Below, piece after piece: positions 58,170-64,000 of a stretch of 64,000 nt of DNA. The notes below the pieces were generated by a model. That model had not been told where the DNA came from, did not search any database, and saw only the letters and a list, made by a program, of their open reading frames with translations. The stretch's first letter is position 1, and each line of letters opens with the position of its first letter. This DNA comes from Myxococcales bacterium (GTDB taxonomy: Bacteria > Myxococcota_A > Polyangia > Polyangiales > Polyangiaceae), in the NCBI GenBank assembly GCA_043747615.1, contig JAYTOU010000005.1:24911-88910 (forward strand), given 5' to 3'. The position numbers were made by a program, and so were the translations under genes.

Positions 58170-59714
58170 CTATGCGCCTATCTCGTGGGCCATCACGTCA
58201 CGCGGGCTACGGAAGTGCTGCTGCGGCGAATAGGCCAGAAAGTTCGAGACGCGCGAGGTGTAGAGGCACGCGTACTCCTCTACCTGCGCGCCGAAGCTCG
58301 ATTGCTCATTTCCCTCCTTGAGGAGAGATCCCCAGAAGGGGTGGAAGCGGGCGTCGACTCGGCGCTCGAGCATCCCGAGCTCGGACTCTACCTGACGGAG
58401 TCTTCCGCGCACCCGTTCGAGCGAGCGCTTTACGCGGCCGCGCTCGGCCTCGAGCTCCGTGAGGGGGAGCCCGTTCGCCTTCGAGGCCGGTCCGTTCGCC
58501 ACGCCCGGCGGCGCGGAGTGCGAGGGCGCGTGATCGATGTGTCGGGAGATCTCTTTGAAGCGGCTCTGGTAAAAGCGGAGGTCGTCCTCCAGGTGCTCGC
58601 GCGCATCTTCCAGGCGCATCGCCTCGCCGAAGTCGTCGTGACAAGCCTCGTAGGCTGCGACCTCGGTCTCGAGCTCTTGCATGATCATCGCCGTGCGCCA
58701 CGCGCTCTCTTTTTTCGAGCGGAGAATGTCCCCGTAGATGTGATCGCCGACGTAGAGCACTTGATCTCCCGTGACGCCGAGCGCGCGCTCCAGATCGTGG
58801 AGATTTCCCCCTTCATAAACGCGCCCGCGCTCGAGCGGAAAATTCGCAGGGTGCACCTTCTCCCCGTCGCGCTCCAGCAGCGGACGACGCTCCTGAAAGA
58901 ACGCCGGCTTCGTCGCGGCAACGATGACCACGTCGAAATAATTCCGCCACGACGGGTACTCGGCCATCGCCCCGCCGAGCAGGTAGGTCATCATCTTCTC
59001 GGTGTAGGCCCAGCGCGAGTTCGTGAGGACGAAGAGCTTCTTCCCCGCGCTTCTGAGCTTGTGCAATGTAAGCGCGAGATCCGGGTCACGGTTCACGTAG
59101 CGCGGAAGGTCGCTGACCACCGCATCGAGGATGGTGCCGTCGCGGTGGGCCTCGTCGATGCTTTCCCGAATGTCGGTAAAAATTTTCGCATAGTCGACGG
59201 CGTGGCCGCGCTTCTCGAGCGCCTCCACGAGCGCCGCATAGAGCGAGGCTTCAGAGAGCGCGTAGAGGGTGTCGATCCAGTGGTAGCGCGGGGTAGCGGG
59301 GCGAATTTTTTTCGAGTGGTAGAGGGCGCGGAGCTCGTCCTTCGTGAGCTCGACGAAGCCGTGGTAGCCCTTCGCCACGTGCTTGAAACGATCCATCTTG
59401 AGGATGTGTCCGAAGCGTTTGTCGATGAGCAGACCGCGCACGGAGAAATCGATCGACTGGGGAATTTCCGGGATGAACTCGGGGTAGCCGCGCGAGACGA
59501 GCTTCGCCACGGTGGCATCGATCGACAGGCGATCCATCTCGGGCTGATCGTAGATGGCGAGCGTGTAGTCCATGTCGAAGCCCACCCAGCTGATGCTACC
59601 CATTCTCATATTGCGATTGCAGAAGACCCGCCTCGCCCGCGGAATGCCGGGCGTCGTCGTTCGTGCGAGAAAGTCCTCGAGGGGCAGTACGAGCTGGTCG
59701 TCTTGGTGGGTCAT
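58170..59714 (-). CDS. HAD-IG family 5'-nucleotidase (cN-II-like)
   Basis: VFCNR, GFDMDYTLAIY, RGL.ID...G, LTNS, FDVVIV.A.KP.FF, YVGDHIYGDI, YACLYTSRVSN. Confidence 0.93.
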   Translation of the reverse strand: MTHQDDQLVLPLEDFLARTTTPGIPRARRVFCNRNMRMGSISWVGFDMDYTLAIYDQPEMDRLSIDATVAKLVSRGYPEFIPEIPQSIDFSVRGLLIDKRFGHILKMDRFKHVAKGYHGFVELTKDELRALYHSKKIRPATPRYHWIDTLYALSEASLYAALVEALEKRGHAVDYAKIFTDIRESIDEAHRDGTILDAVVSDLPRYVNRDPDLALTLHKLRSAGKKLFVLTNSRWAYTEKMMTYLLGGAMAEYPSWRNYFDVVIVAATKPAFFQERRPLLERDGEKVHPANFPLERGRVYEGGNLHDLERALGVTGDQVLYVGDHIYGDILRSKKESAWRTAMIMQELETEVAAYEACHDDFGEAMRLEDAREHLEDDLRFYQSRFKEISRHIDHAPSHSAPPGVANGPASKANGLPLTELEAERGRVKRSLERVRGRLRQVESELGMLERRVDARFHPFWGSLLKEGNEQSSFGAQVEEYACLYTSRVSNFLAYSPQQHFRSPRDVMAHEIGA

Positions 59715-59748
59715 TGCGAGCGCGCGCTTGTTCGACGACGGAGAGGAC

Positions 59749-61173
59749 TCACGAGATCGTTCCCCATGCGGAGGGGTTCTTTCTCAAGAAGTGCCAGGTT
59801 TTGAGGTTCGCGACGATGTACGCGGCGTGCTCTTTTTTGTTCTGACGCGGAGTCGGAAGCATGCGCTTGGCGATCGCCGAAAGACCATAGAAGCGCTTGT
59901 ACGTCCGGTCGAAACCGCGCCTCAGCGCCGTTCCGTCCATGCCCGTCGGCTCGACGAGGAGTGAGCCGTAGTCGTAGCGGCTCCAGTCGTCGCTGAGGAT
60001 GCGCCCCGCCTTCTGCATCTCCGCGTGGTAGGTCGTGCCCGGGTAGGGCGCAGGCGTGAAAAACTTCACGAGCGAGATCTTGTGATCCACCAAAAATTGT
60101 AGGGTTTGGTCGAAGACGCTCTCGTTCTGCCCGTCCATCCCGAACATCATGAGAGCGATGACCTGGATCCCACGAGAACGCAGAGCCGCGAGATCTTCTG
60201 CGTAGCGGGGCGCTCGGTTGAAGCGTTTCTTCAGCCCGGTGAGGACCGTTTCTTCGTTGGACTCGAGACCGATGGAGAGCGAAACGCACCCCGAGCGCGC
60301 GGCCAAATCGAGCAGCTCCAGGTCACGGGCGATCTCGATCGTGCACTGACTAGTCCACTTGATCTTCTCGGCGATCAGCCTGGAAAATAGCTCTTTCGCG
60401 GCCTCGACGTCGGCGATCGGGTTGTCGTCGAGAAAGAGAAGGTTCCTCCCGCCGAGAGCCTTGATGCGGCGAACGTCCGCGATCACGGCGTCCACGTTGC
60501 GGGTGCGGAAGCTCCGCTTGTAGAGGGTCTGCACCGCGCAGTACGAGCAGGGGTGAGGGCAGCCGCGACTGAACATCAGCGGCCAATGAAAATACTGACG
60601 GTAGAGCGCGCTCGTCTTCCACTTGTCGCGACGAATGAGCTGCAGATCGGCGTAGTCGATGCGCGAAAACACGTCAGCGTGGCTGCTCGACTCGGAGATC
60701 GTGCGGTCGTCGTCTTTGGGCTTCGACAGCGTGCGCCCCCCGAGGTTCACGAACTCGCTTGCCCTGTAAATACCGGCGCTCGTGCCGCGCGCGAGGTCGG
60801 CCAAACATTTGGCCCACACCGTTTCGGCCTCACCGATCACGATGGCATCGGCATGCTCGAGCGAGCGCGCGCTCGGCGCGAGAGACACCCACGGCCCGCC
60901 GAGGACGACTTTTTTTCCGCGCGCCCGGAAGGCGTCGGCAAGATCGTAGGCACGTGCGATCTGCGGCCCCATCGCGCCAATCCCCACCACGTCGGCCGGG
61001 TGATCGAGATCCACGTCCGCCATCAGCTCGTCGACCAGATCGACCTTCCAACCGGCCGGGGTGAGAGCCTTCAGCGCCGGCAGGGTGAGGCCACTCGTCC
61101 AGTACTGGGTGGTTTTTACGAGCCTCCCGTCGGCGAGATAATGAGACGGGGATATGAGGTAAAGATGAGGCAT
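59749..61173 (-). CDS. B12-binding-domain radical SAM protein
   Basis: VVLGG, D..VIGEAE, SRGCPHPCSYC (CxxxCxxC), DDN, GLES, PYPGT. Confidence 0.9.
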   Translation of the reverse strand: MPHLYLISPSHYLADGRLVKTTQYWTSGLTLPALKALTPAGWKVDLVDELMADVDLDHPADVVGIGAMGPQIARAYDLADAFRARGKKVVLGGPWVSLAPSARSLEHADAIVIGEAETVWAKCLADLARGTSAGIYRASEFVNLGGRTLSKPKDDDRTISESSSHADVFSRIDYADLQLIRRDKWKTSALYRQYFHWPLMFSRGCPHPCSYCAVQTLYKRSFRTRNVDAVIADVRRIKALGGRNLLFLDDNPIADVEAAKELFSRLIAEKIKWTSQCTIEIARDLELLDLAARSGCVSLSIGLESNEETVLTGLKKRFNRAPRYAEDLAALRSRGIQVIALMMFGMDGQNESVFDQTLQFLVDHKISLVKFFTPAPYPGTTYHAEMQKAGRILSDDWSRYDYGSLLVEPTGMDGTALRRGFDRTYKRFYGLSAIAKRMLPTPRQNKKEHAAYIVANLKTWHFLRKNPSAWGTIS

Positions 61174-61229
61174 ATGGGGAAATGGGGAGAGAATCCTTCA
61201 TCCTAACTGTCTTTTTTGAGGAGGCTGCA

Positions 61230-61937
61230 GTGAAATTGATCGTGCTCCGAGCGGGGGATGTCGTGTCGGCGCTGGTACCGATCCGCGGCGAATACCTGGA
61301 CCTCATCCGAGACACGGTCGGCGATGCCTGGAATGGCGGCTGGGCGGAGGTCGACGTGCGGTCGGACGCGCGTCTTCCGGATCCTTCGAGCGCAGCGGGA
61401 TTCATCATGACCGGTTCGTCGGCCAGCGTGACGGAACGCGCGCCATGGATGCTTCGCGCCGAGGCACACATCCGAGCGATCGCCGCTGCGCGCGTCCCTT
61501 TTTTCGGGATCTGCTTCGGACATCAGATGCTCGCCCAGGCCCTCGGCGGCGAGGTGGCGAAAAATCCGCGAGGCCGCGAGGTGGGCTCCGTTTTTCTGGA
61601 CCGCTTGGGTGTCGATCCCATCATGCAGGGCCTTCCGGCACGTTTTTCGGTGAACACGACGCACGTCGACACCGTCGTTCGTCTGCCACCGGATGCGCGC
61701 CTTCTCGCTTCGACGTCCCTCGACGCGACGTCTGCCTTCGCGATGGGGGACACCCTTCGCGCGGTGCAGTTTCATCCTGAGCTCGACGCGAGCGCCATGC
61801 GCGCCTACGTGGTCGCCCGCAGCGAAGGCATTCTCGAGGACGGATTGGATCCCGAGAAAATTTCCGCGGCCGTGGTTGAGTCACCCGAGAACGGCGCGGT
61901 GCTCCGGAATTTCGTGCTTCACCTGGTCCGCGCTTGA
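61230..61937 (+). CDS. Class I glutamine amidotransferase-like protein
   Basis: RBS GAGGAG then GTG; TGS, GICFGHQ, H.D.V, QFHPE triad. Confidence 0.9.
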   Translation: MKLIVLRAGDVVSALVPIRGEYLDLIRDTVGDAWNGGWAEVDVRSDARLPDPSSAAGFIMTGSSASVTERAPWMLRAEAHIRAIAAARVPFFGICFGHQMLAQALGGEVAKNPRGREVGSVFLDRLGVDPIMQGLPARFSVNTTHVDTVVRLPPDARLLASTSLDATSAFAMGDTLRAVQFHPELDASAMRAYVVARSEGILEDGLDPEKISAAVVESPENGAVLRNFVLHLVRA

Positions 61938-61997
61938 GGCGTCACCGTCGTGTCTGGAAAATTGGCGTCGGCGCGCCGATTGAAATAAGGAGAGTTC

Positions 61998-62183
61998 ATG
62001 CGGATAAGCGTCCTCAAGAAGCGCACGATGGAATCCACGGAATCTATGCGGACGTCCCGTCACGCTTCTCGCGCGAAGACGCCGGTGCGCTTCAGCCGTT
62101 CCGCGGAGGACCTGAGCATCGCCATGGCAGACGCACTCGAAGACATCCTTCGTGCCGAACGCATGTCCCGCCTCAGTAACTAA
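61998..62183 (+). CDS. Small hypothetical protein (61 aa)
   Basis: Strong RBS TAAGGAG 5 nt upstream; fills the intergenic gap. Confidence 0.5.
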   Translation: MRISVLKKRTMESTESMRTSRHASRAKTPVRFSRSAEDLSIAMADALEDILRAERMSRLSN

Positions 62184-62204
62184 GGCGAGCGCCCGAGCGC
62201 GTTG

Positions 62205-62669
62205 CTAGGGGCAGGTCGCAGCGCAAGTACCCTCCGCGCCGGGCACACCGGCATCGACCACGCAGCAGGAATGCCCGGGCGCGCACTCCTCGTCGACGTA
62301 GCAGCCCACCGTCCCGACTCCCCCACGAACGCAGCGGCCTTGCTCACAGGTGCACACAGCGAGTTGAATCGCGGTGCAACTGCTCAAGCACTGGAGACTG
62401 CACGTGCGGTGCCGCCGAGTGCAGACGATCCGCTCGGTGGGGCAATCGCCGCACCCGCACCAGTACGGTGCGCAGTCGCAGACGTTCGCGTCCGTACCGG
62501 TATCGCCTGACGGCGCGTCAGACCGAGCGTCGGTGCTCGTCGCGTCCGCCGCGTCCGCTGCGTCGGCACCTCCATCGTTCGCCGAGGAAAAAGAGTCGGT
62601 CGCGCAGCCGACCAGGCCCGCGCCGCAGAAAAAAGCCGCGAACGCGAGCCCTCGGCTTGTAACGCCCAT
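62205..62669 (-). CDS. Small Cys-rich lipoprotein
   Basis: Lipobox LVGC, Asp/Ala linker, dense Cys domain (CDC...CGCGDC...CTC...C). Confidence 0.65.
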   Translation of the reverse strand: MGVTSRGLAFAAFFCGAGLVGCATDSFSSANDGGADAADAADATSTDARSDAPSGDTGTDANVCDCAPYWCGCGDCPTERIVCTRRHRTCSLQCLSSCTAIQLAVCTCEQGRCVRGGVGTVGCYVDEECAPGHSCCVVDAGVPGAEGTCAATCP

Positions 62670-62851
62670 AAAAAACGGCTGAAGGTGACCTCGTCGAAGG
62701 ATGCCATCCATCATCCTTCACGATAGCGCACATTACCGATCTCGGGTGAACGCGGGCGGCAGGCTCACGCGCTCCGTTTTGTCGCGGCTGATCGAACCAG
62801 CGCCGCCCTGCGTACCGCCGGTGACCAACGCGCAGCGCGGAAGACCGCGTT

Positions 62852-63511
62852 TCACCGGCGCTTGCCCCGCGAAGCTGTCTTGACGGGCATTTCCTCGCGA
62901 GCTTTCACTGGATCCGTCCGCAGGTACCCGCCGCGGAGGAATCCAAAAATCTCGCGCACGATCTTTTCTTCCGAGTGCTCCGAGTCGCGGATCACCACTT
63001 GGTAGAGGAGCTCCTTCAGCGCGCCGAGCGTTAGGTGGGCGAAGGCGAGGGTGTCCCCCTTTTCGACGACACCGAGCACCTGGCCGTCGCGGAGGCTCTC
63101 GTCGAGCAGCTTCGAGACCTCATCGTAGAAGGAGTGAAGCTTGCGATCGAACGACGGGTCCACCCCCACCGCGTCGGCGAGCAGGATCTTCGTGGTCGCC
63201 CGATCCTCGAGGAGCATATTCACGATGCGACGGATGTTCTCGTAGATCTGATCGGCCACGCTTCGCGATGGGTCGGTGGGATCGACGCGGATGATCGTCA
63301 TCGCCAGCTTCGCGATGACCCGGTCCACGATTTCCTCGAAGATGGCGCGCTTGTCCTCGAAGTAGAGATAGAACGTGCCGCGAGCGATCCCTGCGGAGGC
63401 GACGATGTCGTCGATCTTCGCCGTGTGGTAGCCGCGCTTCGCGAAGACGTCGCGCGCGTGAAGCAAGATCTGCTGCCGCCGCTCTGCCTTGTCCATGCCT
63501 TGGGATACCAT
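62852..63511 (-). CDS. TetR/AcrR family transcriptional regulator
   Basis: RRQQIL..A..VFA..GYH...IDDI...AGIARGTFYLYF.DK HTH; the start may instead be the ATG at 63496. Confidence 0.93.
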   Translation of the reverse strand: MVSQGMDKAERRQQILLHARDVFAKRGYHTAKIDDIVASAGIARGTFYLYFEDKRAIFEEIVDRVIAKLAMTIIRVDPTDPSRSVADQIYENIRRIVNMLLEDRATTKILLADAVGVDPSFDRKLHSFYDEVSKLLDESLRDGQVLGVVEKGDTLAFAHLTLGALKELLYQVVIRDSEHSEEKIVREIFGFLRGGYLRTDPVKAREEMPVKTASRGKRR

Positions 63512-63514
63512 GAA

Positions 63515-63744
63515 ACTGACACGCGTGTCAGTGTGTGGCGCAAAACTGACACGGACGTCAGTTCATTCCCGGTACGTCGCTCCGCGGGGAAAGAGCGTGG
63601 AGTGAGGCACATAGCACCACGAAATGCAGCGGCAGGGCTGAGGTATGCGATCCGACAAACTACTTTCCCCGTAGGTAGAAGTCGGTTAACACTTCCCGAC
63701 TGACACGCGAGTCTAGTTGAGCCCGCAGGGGGACCCGCGAGTCA
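63515..63744. promoter_or_regulatory. Four TGAC-N6-GTCA palindromic operator sites in the tetR / activase divergent promoter
   Basis: ACTGACACGCGTGTCAGT (63515-63532, perfect palindrome), ACTGACACGGACGTCAGT (63545-63562), ACTGACACGCGAGTCTAGT (63699-63717), GGACCCGCGAGTCA (63731-63744). Confidence 0.8.
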
Positions 63745-63774
63745 CAAACGCAGTACCGAGAGGAAGCCCGAAGC

Positions 63775-64000
63775 ATGGGAACGAGCGCAGGTAACGGAAA
63801 GCGCCACTTGGCCATCGGGATGGACGTGGGATCGACGACGGTAAAAGCCGTGGTCGTGAACCCTGCCAACAAAGAAATCCTCTGGAGCGACTACCAGCGC
63901 CACCACACGAAGCAGCCCGAATACGTGCTCGAGATGCTCGAGGCCATCACCAAGGCGTTCCCGAATCAGGCCATCGAAAAGGGTGGCGGCGGCTGGAAAA
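63775..64000 (+). CDS. BadF/BadG/BcrA/BcrD ATPase (acyl-CoA dehydratase activase family); 3'-truncated by window edge
   Basis: Absent from the ORF track because no stop falls in the window. RBS GAGAGGA; MGTSAGNGKRHLAIGMDVGSTTVKAVVV...ILWSDYQRH.TKQPE ASKHA phosphate-1 motif. Confidence 0.85.
   Translation, partial: MGTSAGNGKRHLAIGMDVGSTTVKAVVVNPANKEILWSDYQRHHTKQPEYVLEMLEAITKAFPNQAIEKGGGGWK

Noticed and set aside
2237..59804. Many long alternative-frame and antisense ORFs (e.g. 2237-4018 +, 5754-8033 -, 31262-32809 -, 35305-37416 -, 42999-44564 -, 58152-59804 +)
   Set aside because: They overlap well-supported genes, have Arg/Ala/Gly-rich or mirror compositions and no motifs; expected shadows in high-GC DNA.
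61998..62669. Small ORFs as possible precursors for the TfuA/borosin enzymes or the radical SAM
   Set aside because: They are about 60 kb from tfuA, show no leader/core pattern, and one is a lipoprotein; nothing supports the link.
1..64000. CRISPR arrays, tRNA/rRNA genes, transposases, integrases, prophage genes
   Set aside because: No repeat-spacer array, RNA gene signature or mobile-element ORF was recognised by eye; a covariance-model scan would be needed to exclude small RNAs.

Overview
High-GC chromosomal segment. Gene content (Ser/Thr kinases, FHA proteins, Cys-rich lipoproteins, pilB/pilT, Bat operon) points by inference to a Myxococcota/Polyangia-type bacterium. The most notable element is at the left edge: a 5'-truncated TfuA gene with a long C-terminal extension, followed 2 nt later by a stand-alone borosin-type (OphMA/SonM-like) methyltransferase. 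This looks like the tail of a hybrid thioamide/backbone-methylation RiPP operon whose YcaO and precursor would lie upstream, outside the window. Next come a kinase and an FHA protein, pilB and pilT separated by about 1.7 kb of decayed genes, a MoxR-DUF58-BatA-E operon, an alcohol dehydrogenase and larB-larC. A phospho-signalling block follows (Zn-ribbon-FHA, vWA-FHA split by a +1 frameshift, PP2C, a deleted ghost kinase, triple-FHA ABC transporter). The right half holds a lipoprotein hydrolase, kinase/MBL/ALDH genes, His-tailed EamA plus DUF1259, rhomboid, a GAF-GGDEF cyclase, pcm, YihY, an S1 protease, and a radical SAM-nucleotidase-truD-exbB-exbD-tonB-udg run. It ends with a TetR gene divergent from a CoA-activase gene across four TGAC-N6-GTCA sites. 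No rRNA, tRNA, CRISPR array or transposase was recognised. All family calls come from motif recognition by eye, not database searches.
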